Shown here: piece after piece, positions 1 through 11,163 of the stretch
Layout: each line of letters opens with the position of its first letter
Position numbering within the stretch: the first letter of the stretch is position 1
DNA from: Lytechinus pictus
Lineage: Eukaryota
Assembly: GCF_037042905.1 (NCBI RefSeq)
Contig: NW_026974140.1
Location: 9,672,001-9,736,000 of the forward strand
Length of the DNA stretch: 64,000 nucleotides
Direction: 5' to 3'
The notes under the pieces: model-generated
Database searches by the model: none
What the model was told of the DNA's origin: nothing
What the model saw: only the letters and a program-made list of their open reading frames with translations
Program-made: the position numbers and the translations under genes

Positions 1-875
1 ATTTCATGCTTGGATTTTTTTAACAGAATACAAACACCGTCCACCGTAGAACCATACACATTTGCTGTCGGGTCATTATCAATCAGAGTGTTCGGATGTA
101 TAACATTGTGTGCTATTTTGCCAATGCAGCACTATGTGATTTGAAGAAGCTACATCAACCAAGAAACAAACAGTACAAAGCTTATTAGGGTTAAACTTAC
201 CTTCCCTTGATGATCTCTACCTAGACAGAGTCGCTTCTAAACTAAAACAGATAATGAAGGATCGACCCCACTCACCCACTCAACGATAATTTTACTTTAT
301 TTCAACAATTCAGGCATTCGTCTCTGTACGATCGAGACAATCATTTGTCCCCAAAGCTATTCATCACTTTAACATGTTTAACGCTCAATTCCGAAGGTAT
401 GTGTCTCGCCTGTAATTAGTACCCTACTCTTGTTTAATGGATTGTTTAATAATCACAATGGATAAATGTTGACTATTCATATTAGAGGTTCTCTTTTGGA
501 AACAGACACACTACACAATGTAAATCCCTTAGTATCAACTACAATTACATTGCACATGCATACCAGCTTTCTATCCATTACTGATCTTTTGCCGATGATT
601 ATTACAAAATATAATTGTTTTACAATATGAATAATTCTTAAACCAGACTTTCATCTTGACTTGTACAGTTGTAATTCAAATACTTGTGAAATGTAAATTT
701 TGCGTGAATCATGTATACCCGAGTTGAAATAATTTCTTTATGTTGACATGTAATTGCCATTTTTTTTTGTTCTGTGTATATACTATGTAAATTGTATCTA
801 AATGTGTGTAAACCAGTGAAAAAAAAAGAATTTCCTTTATGGACAATTAAATTAAATTAAATTAAATTAAATTCA
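1..875 (+). mobile_element. Decayed 3' end of a non-LTR retrotransposon (Rex1/Babar-like ORF2 C-terminus, 3' UTR and (ATTAA)n tail)
   Basis: Frameshifted fragments read ..QSVRMYNIVCYFANA..DLKKL.. / GLNLPSLDDLYLDRVASKLKQIMKD (188-262) / DPTHPL (264-281) / NSGIRL / RQSFVPKAIHHFN (335-373). These match the post-RT 'LPSL..LY..R...I..DPTHPL...SG.R...SF.P.AI..LN' pattern of Rex1/Babar-type LINEs. The element ends GAATTTCCTTTATGGAC followed by (ATTAA)5 at 846-870. Confidence 0.75.
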
Positions 876-877
876 AA

Positions 878-1121
878 GGCCCGTATATTTTGAAGTCAGT
901 CATAATTCAAACTCTGGTCTCAGGCTGTGGTTTAACTATGGAAAGCCAAATTTGACATGAATGTTAAACAGTATATAAGTTCAATGTATCAGCTCATTTG
1001 ACTCTCAAGTTGTCTTTACCATTAAAGGGTTGGGAAAGAGTGCATTAAAAACAAGACACTTACGACAATGTAAACAAAATATTGACATTTCTGGCTTCCT
1101 ATTAATTTCAGAATATGGGTC
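878..1121. mobile_element. Degenerate MITE (PIF/Harbinger-like termini)
   Basis: Imperfect TIRs GGCCCGTAT..TTGAA (878) and TTCAGAATATGGGTC (1107-1121); no coding capacity. Confidence 0.55.
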
Positions 1122-2376
1122 ATTTTTTTAATTGTTAATTATACATTTTGTAAACATGTTATTTCTTGTTTACATTTCACCTTTGATTTTACCGTAATTT
1201 TCAGTTGCGTTCTGTTTCATTCAGTTTCTGATATATTATTATTAAACATTTGCTTTTAATTGTCTGAAATAATAAATTAACATGAAGAAGGATAGGTGCC
1301 GAGAGATTGAAATAAATGTAAATCGCTTCCATTCTGCAATGCATGGGATTATTACAAAAAAATAAAAACTTGGTAAATTTAGACAATTGAAAACTTTCTT
1401 TTATCATGTTTGTCATCTTTTATTTATTCCTGTTATCATGATTGTAATTCCTCATCGAACTCTTTTCCATAGAAGTCGAATATTATAATATCTATAGATC
1501 CTTGCTGTTGTAAAACAAGTGGCAATGTAAAAGTTCATGTACTTAGTCATTTTACATTTCGAAAACTCGTAGGAAAGATAGTAGACATCAACTGCGCGCG
1601 CCACTTTTTTTTTTCTTATACTACTTCCGGTTGCGTCAGTCTATGTGCTGTTCTCTTCCTCACCACTTCAAAAGGATAATGATTGAAATAATGTTGTAAT
1701 TAATAGAAAATGCAGAGGTCTGACTTTTCCACTCGACAAGTGGGTGACATCCTATGCAGACATATATGTAGTTAACAACGGTTTAACCAACTGTACACAT
1801 AACATAAAACAAATACCGCAATGCACCGTTCATATTTCTGTGGTAATAGTATTAATGATTTAGTTCGAGAATACCTGCGAGTCGCAAATTTGCTCCCTTT
1901 CTGTGATCTAAATTCGAGCATTGATTTGATTTCCCTACAGCCTTGAAATCAGAAGCAATATATGAAACTGGGATAGTAGGCTTTGACGACCCTCATATCG
2001 TGCAATATACAAGGTTGATTGTCTCTGCGAGACATAGTGACGTCACAATAAAAACTACAATATGATATATTATTAGGCCGGTGGTAATCTTTGTGGACGG
2101 AGGCTGAGGGGGGATCCTAATTAATTTGGTTTCATCAGGTAGTTTTAAAATCAGAAAAATGCTGAAGAATATTATAAGAAACGTCTGAGCGGACCTTCAT
2201 TGCTCTTTTATTATTCTCTTAGTGTCTTTTGTAAATTCACCATAAAAAAACTCAATGATTTTTTTTTTTATTATGCCACATTCACAAACAATTTACGTGA
2301 TTAAAGAGGCTCGGAGAATTTGACCTTCCATTCATTCTATTTTAGAGTAAGCAGACATAATACATAACCATAACCA

Positions 2377-3054
2377 TTACTCCATGTAGATCAAAGATCT
2401 GAACAATTAGTATTGCACCACGCGCATAAGATATTCTATTCGGATATATTCGATCATTAATTACATAAAAAATAATTTCACCCGTGTATCAAATCGGTAC
2501 GATACTAAAAATAGTATTTTTTTTGTATTACCAAAACGTGACGGTCATATAGTGAACACTTTTTATTTTAATGACATCCAATTTTTGAATGATCTACCTA
2601 ATCAAGTTAAATCTGTTAAAAAATTTCACCACTTTAAGAGTGTATTAAAGAAGCACCTAAAACTGGAATCTACTCGACTACAGTAAATCACACATTTTGT
2701 ACAGTTGGTTTCTAGTATGGTCATGATTGTAGATAATGTAGGGTACAGTATGTTAATATGTTATCTTGTTTCATATAAGGTAGATTATTGTTTGCTTCAG
2801 GTTTTTGCAAATTATTTGATTGATGGATATGTCTTTTTTTTTACAATGTACCAGTACTTTTCGTAGTTTATACGTTTTTGGTTAGGTGTTACAATATATT
2901 AATGTTTTATTCTATCAATAGGACCCCATTGGAAATAAGCCTTTCGGCTTTCATGGGTTATCCTGTCAAGATATTCTTCAAATTCATGGTATCTCATATT
3001 GTCTGTGATATGCCTTATGAATAAAATCAATAAATAAATAAATCAATCAATCAA
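2377..3054 (+). mobile_element. 5'-truncated Crack/L2-clade LINE 3' end
   Basis: Translation gives LLHVDQRSEQLVLHHAHKIFY / NYIKNNFTRVSNRYDTKNSIFFVLPKRDGHIVNTFYFNDIQFLNDLPNQVKSVKKFHHFKSVLKKHL..* (stop ends 2686). This resembles the L2/Crack ORF2 C-terminus (..WN.LP..IK.....FK..LK.HL). The 3' UTR carries GGACCCCATTGGAAATAAGCCTTTCGGCTTTCATGGG, then AATAAA and an (AATA/AATC)n tail. Confidence 0.7.
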
Positions 3055-3586
3055 TTCATGATGATTTGGTAGGCCTATGACACGATAAAGGGAGGAGCTG
3101 CAGTGCAGGGAGGGGAAATTAAATGGAATCTCCGAAAAATATATATATATAAAAAAGCAATAGCATAAGTCATGTATATTCGTATTGCTTATTGTTTGCT
3201 TCAGGTTTTTGCAAATTATTTGATTGATGGATATGTCTTTTTTTTACAATGTACCAGTACTTTTCGTAGTTTATACGTTTTTGGTTAGGTGTTACAATAT
3301 ATTAATGTTTTATTCTATCAATAGGACCCCATTGGAAATAAGCCTTTCGGCTTTCATGGGTTATCCTGTCAAGATATTCTTCAAATTCATGGTATCTCAT
3401 ATTGTCTGTGATATGCCTTATGAATAAAATCAATCAATAAATAAATCAATCAATCAATTCATGATGATTTGGTAGGCCTATGACACGATAAAGGGAGGAG
3501 CTGCAGTGCAGGGAGGGGAAATTAAATGGAATCTCCGAAAAATATATATATATAAAAGCAATAGCATAAGTCATGTATATTCGTAT
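2785..3586 (+). repeat. Near-perfect ~400-bp tandem duplication (2785-3185 / 3189-3586)
   Basis: The copies are identical apart from homopolymer/microsatellite lengths and about one substitution, with a 3-nt TGC junction. The duplication covers the LINE 3' UTR and tail plus ~130 bp of flank. Confidence 0.95.
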
Positions 3587-3689
3587 CTATCAATGCTTTA
3601 TGATGGCTGAAATAATTGTTTTCTCATAGAATAGATGAAAAAGGTGTCTAATGATAATGAATGCACAGGGAAATATGTTTTCAATTTTC

Positions 3690-3893
3690 AAAGAATATTG
3701 CATTTTATCGAACTAAAATTACATTACATGATTATAGGGGAGCTGATTGCATATGACGTCACAAAAACAACCTTCAAAAGGTCCATAATTCTGTTATTAT
3801 TTATGGATTCTTGCCAAACCATCTTGATTATGTTTTTCTCGGCTTATTTTTCTACTTAAATCAAAACCCACGGAAGGGTGTGCTTCTCCTTTA
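3690..3893. mobile_element. Right-end remnant of a TTAA-target (Kolobok-like) MITE
   Basis: Ends GTGCTTCTCCTTTAA, like the other TTAA-AGG...CCT-TTAA copies in the window; internal TGACGTCAC; left end not recognisable. Confidence 0.4.
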
Positions 3894-4747
3894 AGAAAAT
3901 GCAACTTTCTCCCCTCGCTTTCTCCCTTTAAGGTTTTTTTCTGGGAAAGGGACAACCGGGGGGGGGGGGGGGGGGTGCTTCACTACATGACGCGTTGAAA
4001 TTTAAGATATGTACTTTGACAAGTTTTGTGTTTTTACTCCTCCGCAATATTTTTTTAATTAAAGTATACATCCAAAGAATCAAAAGTATTTTATAATGAC
4101 TTTATGTGGTCATCATTGTAAAGGGGAAGTATTACTAATCAGATATATAACTTCACTTTTCAAAATAGTGATCAGAGATTGCAGAAATCAGCTCTCAAAA
4201 ATGATTTATTTTCATGCCATATTTCTGCCTTCCACCGGTCCTCTTGCGAGCTCCAGCTGAGTGACGTCACACAATGAGCAGTGAGCAGCTGAGCTGACAG
4301 CAGCCCATTGGAGACGATCTTTCCAATCAGCGTTTTTTGCTCTTAGAATTGTTTATTCCTCTTAAGATTGGTCTTGTTATATAGATAAAAGTTTGAATTT
4401 ACTGAATAGTGAAAAAAAGTGCACATTTAACGTATTTTGGTAACCGATATTTAGCTTAGATTTTTTTTTTTTCAAGAAATATATGTGAATAAACAAAGCA
4501 TATTTTCACGTAGAAATCACACTTGCGTCACATTAATGTTATAGTCAATATAAAGCATAGACATTCTTCTTTATGACTGAACAAAAATTATGAAATTTCA
4601 TTAAGTAGCAAAGTCAGGAACCACAAAAAAAACACGGCAATATCCATCGCGAAATGACTGAAATTGCAGTTGAATTGCCGAAGCATTATTAGGAAACAGC
4701 GGCGAGCGGACTTTCTTTCATATATCTTAAAAATGCGTTTCTGTTAG

Positions 4748-4817
4748 GGCGATGGTCTGTGGCCAAATGCGTTGGCCATTGTTTTGTCATGTGCGAGGAC
4801 CCTGGTTCGAAACTCGG
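4748..4817 (+). mobile_element. Possible tRNA-derived SINE head (degenerate)
   Basis: A-box-like TGGTCTGTGG and B-box-like GGTTCGAAACTC at tRNA-like spacing; no complete cloverleaf. Confidence 0.35.
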
Positions 4818-5007
4818 ATTTTTTTTTCTGGGTATTTTTTTTTTATTCCTTCCCCGTCCCTACCCATCTTTTTTTTTCTCTTTTTATTTTCTTGTGAAAT
4901 TCTATTCAGACCTGTATTTATCAAATTTTGCTTCTTAATTGCTGCTTTTGATTTTCAAGTTCTTGATTAGATTATTTCTACTCTTATTTAGGATGGGAGG
5001 GGTAAAG

Positions 5008-5344
5008 TTAAAAGTCAAGTCCACATCAACTAAAAATTATTTGAATAGAATGATTTCCCTTGTTGTTTTTACTCAAAACAGTCATATACACAAAACAATG
5101 ATATGCAAATTAGAGTTGTCACTCACATCACATTCGTTTCTATTTTTTGTGGCATTTTGTTTTTTATTCTTTGCAGATTTGACGATAGGAAACTCTTCAT
5201 CTGATCACAATAGGTTATATTTACGGAACTGTTAAAATAGTAATTATATAAATTTGAATCAAAGTTTTTATGAAATTTCCTGTAATATCTTGTTATTTTT
5301 CTTTAAATTCAAATGAATTTTTGATTGCGTGGACTTCTCCTTTA
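5008..5344. mobile_element. TTAA-target (Kolobok-like) non-autonomous DNA transposon
   Basis: Inverted termini TTAA-AAGTCAAGTCCAC ... GTGGACTTCTCCT-TTA; same family as the copies at ~16040-16185 and 18093-18720. Confidence 0.65.
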
Positions 5345-5679
5345 CTCTTAATGTAGGGAATGCATAGCAAAATTTATCCAGAAACTAAATTGTCTTAGAA
5401 TATGCAAATCAGTAATTGGACACATGTTCACTTTTCTTTCATCCAGGCCACTTCCTCACATCCACCAGGCTTTCAGTCTTATAACAAAAATGATGAACCA
5501 TCACACAACATTCACAGTGCTTCACAATAAATATTTCACTTCTGTTCATACATGCAATAAATATTGTGGAAAACAAATAAAAGGCGTACCCATATTCAAA
5601 TACCGTTTAAAAGGACAAATATATTATACCTTTCGAGAAAAATCAGCACGTTAAATATCTGATAACAAAACATAATTAT

Positions 5680-5849
5680 GGGGCACTGCAAGAAACTTAT
5701 GTTCAATTGCAAATCAAGCGTAAGTCTTAAATTCAAATTCAAGCGTAATAAGGTCGAGTTGCAATCGCAATTCAACTACATGTTTAATCAAAGGACTTAC
5801 CCTTGATTTGGGACGTGTGATTGAGTATAACATTTCTCGCAAAATGCCC
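5680..5849. mobile_element. Degenerate MITE (Harbinger-like GGG termini)
   Basis: Imperfect TIRs GGGGCACTGCAAGAAA ... TTTCTCGCAAAATGCCC, plus internal inverted segment AAATCAAGCGTAAGTC / GACTTACCCTTGATTT. Confidence 0.55.
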
Positions 5850-6317
5850 TAGTAACATTAAAATTGTTCTTTCGTTTTAAATTGTGTGTTATTATTTTTG
5901 ACAAGCTGTATTCCTGTCCAAGTCAAATTTCTTAGTTCTCTCCAAAACTGTGCTCAAAATTGTTTCCAAGATTGATAAAGAAATTTTTTCTTTTGTATCA
6001 TTATCGGTCCACAACTTGCAAACCGTAGGTCCTGGAAAGAGTGAAGAAAAAAATGGCTATATCCAAATCATAGTAAAAGGACATGATGGAATCTCCCAGA
6101 TTGAGGTAGCAAGCAGAGACCAGAAGTCACCAGAGTCAGCAATTGTGCAGATCTGTGTGTAGAAGAGAGAAAAAAGAAATAGTTTAAATAATCAAATCAA
6201 AGTATGAATTTAATTATCGTGATGATTGATGACGTGCGGTGGCATGTAATTCCCGGTCAACAACAAATGATAGTAGGTTTAGACACCTGAAAAGTTCCAC
6301 TCAGAACACTGGTGCTC

Positions 6318-6464
6318 TACCTCAAGTGATGTTTGTGTAGGCCCCACTCCACTTCACTACCGGTACACTACCGTACATGTACGCCACACCTACCCGGGTA
6401 GGTGTGTAGGCTGTAGCAGTACTCCAGTAGTGAAGTGGAGACTACACGAACATCACTTGAGGTA
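6318..6464. mobile_element. 147-bp spacerless foldback MITE with 8-bp TSD
   Basis: Arms TACCTCAAGTGATGTTTGTGTAG..TCCACTTCACTAC and GTAGTGAAGTGGAG.CTACACGAACATCACTTGAGGTA; perfect central palindrome CACACCTACCCGGGTAGGTGTG; flanks TGGTGCTC (6310-6317) and CGGTGCTC (6465-6472). Confidence 0.85.
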
Positions 6465-6587
6465 CGGTGCTCTCTGAGTCTCTGTGTCATTACAAAGATT
6501 GCATTTATCTTCATTGTTGAAGGCATTACGCATACATATATGCAGCAACACTCTAATCAGAAAGAAACACCAGACTCTAATTTTGGC

Positions 6588-7198
6588 CCACCCAAGGGTT
6601 CATTACATGCCGCCGCGCACAGAAAATTCAAGCCATAGAAGTCGTGGACCCAAGAAGTGAGATCCCAGCACGCGCGACCCACTAGTTAGAAATCCACTGC
6701 CAAACGTGGTTCGTGGTTAGTATACTAATACTAACCTCGCAATACGTACTAGTAGTATACTAATACTAACCTCGCAATACGTGTGAGTGATTTTGGCCAG
6801 GAATCAGGGTAATCACTGCTGAAAATTTGTCTGGCTTCATGACATCGGCATCATGGTGATATAATTCTGTGTATAATAAAAACTTAAACATTCCTCTGAA
6901 ACAGCAGATTTTCAGCCATGGTCCATACCACTCAGTGCTCCTAAATAATTTAATCGCCTGCCTGAGTCCTGACCAGTTTTAGAAATCTGAAGAAAAAATC
7001 TGCTGGAATTGTGCCACTCACACGTATTAAGTATACTAACCTCGCACCACGAACCGCGTTTGGCAGTGGATTTCTAACTAGTGGGTCGCGCGTGCTTAGC
7101 CTGGAGGCGTCTGGGATCTCACTTCTTGGGTCCACAACACACGACTTCTATGGCTTGATTTTTCTGTGCGTGGCGGCATGTAATGAACCCTTGGGTGG
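6588..7198. mobile_element. Foldback element with ~200-bp terminal inverted repeats
   Basis: The left arm CCACCCAAGGGTTCATTACATGCCGCC..GTTAGAAATCCACTGCCAAACG..ATACGTGTGAGTG is the reverse complement of 7015-7198, with small indels. The spacer is ~220 bp and non-coding; the TSD is not clearly preserved. Confidence 0.9.
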
Positions 7199-9228
7199 AA
7201 TTGTGCAAAAACATTATTTCTAAAATAAAAACTTTTTAATTTTAATAGTAGTTATGCCAAAATGCATGATTCTAAACTTATATCAGATCTGTATCTGTCA
7301 TCTGACCTGAATGCATCGTCAGAACAAGTACAGTTTCCAAACATGCTTACCTTGACTTTTGACTGGATCAAACAGCGTAGCCTGCAACATGCATCGGGAG
7401 CAAGTGAATGGGACCGTGCAGCTTGGAGTTTTTCAATAGTTAGTAGAGCAACACAACGAAGACTGTCGAGTGGACAAAATCGATCTTTCCAGTTCACAAT
7501 TCAATAAAAAACGGGCAAAATAAAACAGTTCTGGTTCCCTTATAGTCTGAAGTTGTCGAAAACAGAATTCGGATGTCACATTACATGAAGAAAACGGTAA
7601 ATTCGGAAGATATTGAAGAGGTCAGTAAGGTGATTCAGTGTATTATGCACAGAGCTGAGGGATGCGATGATGAGCTCGATTATTGTGTGACGTCATTATT
7701 CTCGACTGTTTTCACTGCGTGAACTGTCGGTCTGGGGGCGGCTGGGGGGCTTAGAATGGTCTCTAATAATTTCATTTCTTGCATTTCCACGACATCAATA
7801 AGACTTTTTAGTGACATATTTGTGTATAAAAAGACAAGACCTTTCCATTCATATATAATTTGTCTATAATCATCACTTTCGTGAATTTTCTTTGGATGTA
7901 TACTTTAATGAATATTTCGCCATTTATTTGGATAATATTTAATTCAATCAATTATTTAGCAATTATCCTTTTTTCAGGTTTATTTTCATTAATTTTGTTT
8001 CAATTATTTAATCACTCTTTCTTTTCATTCCACTACATTATGTCGAAACGGCAAAGTCCTTTCCACGCCATGCTGTGTATATTTATAGAACTGTGTACTA
8101 CAGGGGAATATAAATTACATCATGCCTCGTTTTTAGACGCAATTACAAATGCAAAATGGAAGGATGAAGATCAACGAGGATTTTTATTTCTCAACCGTGG
8201 GTGAATATTTCAGGGAAAAAAAGTACGTAGATTCTTCGAACAATTATCGCTTTCATCAGTCATGTCAGTTCTCTTAGCACAAAGGGTTGGAAGACACACT
8301 TTTGCTCTGGGGTAAATTTAAGTATTTCTGTGGAAATTTGTAATTATAGGAAATTTTTTTTTTTGTAAATTGTACAAAATCTGTAATTTTAGGAAATGTT
8401 AAAGGTATAATGGATCAGTGACAGAGAAGACCAAAGTTCGAAGTAAAAAACTGCCCCTCACTAAATTTGAATTATATTCTTAAGAAATTTCTTTATGTGT
8501 TGGCGTCGCCCACATTATTTCATTATCTTTATTTGTTGTAAAAGTATTTCAAGCAAAAATATATGCAAATAATTTGTAATTGTTTCATGTCACTGGCATT
8601 TTATTTTGGACAAAGAGCGGCATACTCCGTGATACTCCACTATCGGGTGCTGTTCGTAACTAGCGCACAACTATGACGACTGACCTGACTGCATGAAGGA
8701 GCGGTTTGACCGTGTTTTATGCTCAACGAGATACCCCAAAAGCGGGACTGAATTTCTTACATTATCAGTAAAAAAGATAAATAACTCTGCATTACAATGC
8801 TTGTTGTGCTTCAAACCATGGATGGATCAGACACGTAAACTAGCTAAAACTAAAATAGCTGAAATTACCTGAACCTGAAACATCAAGTCATTATTCTTTT
8901 TACAATGTACTCCTGTAATTTGGGTTTTCCTAAATAATTGATCAACGTTAATCCCTATTGATGTTAACATCTCAATGTTTACCCGCGGCCTATTCATCGA
9001 CACTATAGACTAATTAATAATTGACCTGGAAGCGGTGATCACAGGTCATTAATAATGTCGTCTCCTATTAGCTTACGTAATTCTTGTCCCTTCTGTTAGG
9101 TAGTCAATACACTTGCTTTATATTCATTTCCGGAGATCTAAACAATGTTTTAATGTTTCTTAAAGTTTTAAGAAAGAAATGGATGAAGATGTGGTGCAGA
9201 ATGCTGATGGGAGTGACGGGGTGGCGGT

Positions 9229-9432
9229 CACAGTAAAAAAAAACTGTTTATTTTAACACTCTTAACTACATAAACCTTACAGTAGTCGTTTAAACGGTTC
9301 AAACAGTTGTTTTCAATCTTAAACGGCAGTTTATTTGCTTTCTATTTAATTCTCAATAAATTAAGCATGGTTGTTTAAACAATAAACAACTAGGCGTACT
9401 GTAAGTTTCATATAAACGCCGTTTTTACTGTG
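9229..9432. mobile_element. MITE with CACAGTAAAAA termini
   Basis: TIRs CACAGTAAAAA ... TTTTTACTGTG; internal inverted CTTACAGTA / TACTGTAAG and repeated TTAAAC motifs. Confidence 0.7.
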
Positions 9433-9494
9433 TAGTTTGTATAGCGTTGAAAGAAAATTGTTCATGACTACTCTTGTGCTTAGTGATGATGGCT

Positions 9495-9701
9495 ATTACT
9501 ATATTGATATTATAATCACTATTACATTATTATCAGTATTATCATTATCATTGATGATGCCGGATGGTGGTGATGATGATTAACTAATGATAATAATCAT
9601 AATAGTAATAATAATTATAGTACGGTCGTCATCACCACCACCACCGCCATTATCACCATCATCATCATCATCACCACCACCACCACCACCTTCGCATCAT
9701 T
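9495..9701. repeat. Compound trinucleotide low-complexity tract (ATT/ATC/GAT/AAT/CAC)
   Basis: Runs of (ATC)n, (CAC)n, (GAT)n and (AAT)n; no open frame with splice sites. Confidence 0.85.
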
Positions 9702-10049
9702 ATATTTCCCTCAATCTCATGTATTAAAAAAAAATCTTATGTCAATGTAATAGATTTGCAAAAGCAACATCTAAATAAATCAAAAGCTTTATTACCCCCC
9801 GAAAAAGCGAAAGTGAATATATCACTTTACTGATGAAAAGAATGCGAGAATAACCAGACATTTAAATCTCTTTCTGACATGATGCTTGCAAAAGAAAAAG
9901 AGTAAGTTTGTTAAATTTAGAGAGAAGGGACAATGAAAACTGGATTGTAAAAGGTTATTCAAATTATGTCGATATATTTTACTGCCTTTGCATGACGTTT
10001 CTTTATCGTCATATGCCTATTTATTTATTTTTTTCATTTCGCTTTTAAA

Positions 10050-11104
10050 CGTTGTGGCAACCATTGTCCTTAGCTAAACGACGGCACACACACCTTATAA
10101 AAAATATAAATCGCCGCAATATATACAGCGCGATCACGATCTATCTTTTTCAAGATAACCCCGTATCTTTCTTTTTTACCAATCTCCTTTTATTCGCGTT
10201 CCGGCCTCTATTCCTCTCTCTCCCTCTCTCTAATTTTCTTTTCTTCCACCCATTTTCACTCCTCTTTATTTTCCTCTTATCCACTCTCCTTCTTTCTCTC
10301 TCCCTCCCACACACGATCCTTCTCTGATAATAGTGGAGCAAGTTTTGGACTAATATGCTTTTGATGAATATTCCACATATTCCAAAATGTCTGTGATGAT
10401 TTATTTCATAAATATATGTATAGGCTAACGTAAAGATGTCACAAACTTCAAGTTTGTTTTCCCCAACCCTTCCCAACATGCATCACCGGACCAAAGCCAG
10501 ACCAAAAAAGGTTGTCGTACGCACACACCACCACCGCGCTGCTCACCCGCAGACTGGAGGCGTGCGCTGTTCAGAAGTGCAGTCAGACAGAAATTTGTCA
10601 ACTGCTTTGTTTTCGCACCGACCGTCAACCAGAGCAAGGACGCACAACTGTCACCAATCTCACCACAACTACCCCTCCACCATTATCCCATTCTCGTCAA
10701 AGTGTGAAAGCAAATCACACATTTCCCTCAAAATATCTATCTCGCTACGAAATCCATTCCTTGTCACCTACACAGTTGCTAATGACAACCCCAAATTGGA
10801 GTTTGTCTTTTGCAACACGCTGAGAAATCGTTCGAACTTATTCGTCTGCCTCGAAGAAAAAAGTTTTCTTTATCCGTTCATCTTGAAATCTACTCGAAAC
10901 AGGTGCAACACGCCGGGCTACTCTGACGCACGGGCCTTCGCTCATTTGTCACTGTCCGTGGTCCGATCAACTTGTCGGCATTCTGTACTTACTTGGATAT
11001 CTCAAAACTTTTCTGCCCTGTCTCTTCCGACAACAGCTGACCAGGAGTAAGAGAATATTGAACGTGTTCCGCATCGGGAGCTGAGCTAAGAAGCCCGTGC
11101 AAGC
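10050..11104 (+). promoter_or_regulatory. Probable promoter and 5' UTR of the nephronectin-like gene
   Basis: CpG-enriched segment (~10480-11160) directly upstream of the ATG, with a pyrimidine tract at 10150-10325. Only one ATG (10782) occurs in the ~620 nt before the start codon. The TSS cannot be determined from sequence alone. Confidence 0.55.
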
Positions 11105-11163
11105 ATGCAGATTTTACTATGTATCGCCGTTTTTGTCGCCGTAATCTCCGGTGTTGTTAGCAG
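11105..11163 (+). CDS. NPNT: Nephronectin/EGFL6-like protein, coding exon 1 (signal peptide MQILLCIAVFVAVISGVVS-R)
   Basis: ATG in context AAGCATG; 19-codon hydrophobic signal peptide with small residues at -3/-1 (V-x-S); consensus donor CAG|GTAAGT at 11163/11164. Phase 2 matches the phase-2 start of the exon at 60831. The linkage to that exon is inferred, not proven. Confidence 0.8.

Noticed and set aside
9560-9700. Apparent poly-His coding stretch
   Set aside because: Embedded in mixed microsatellites with stops nearby and no splice sites.
10436-11050. Longest ORF in the track (204 aa)
   Set aside because: Ser/His/Arg-rich with no recognisable domain. It lies in the GC-richer promoter/5' UTR just before a much better supported signal-peptide exon.
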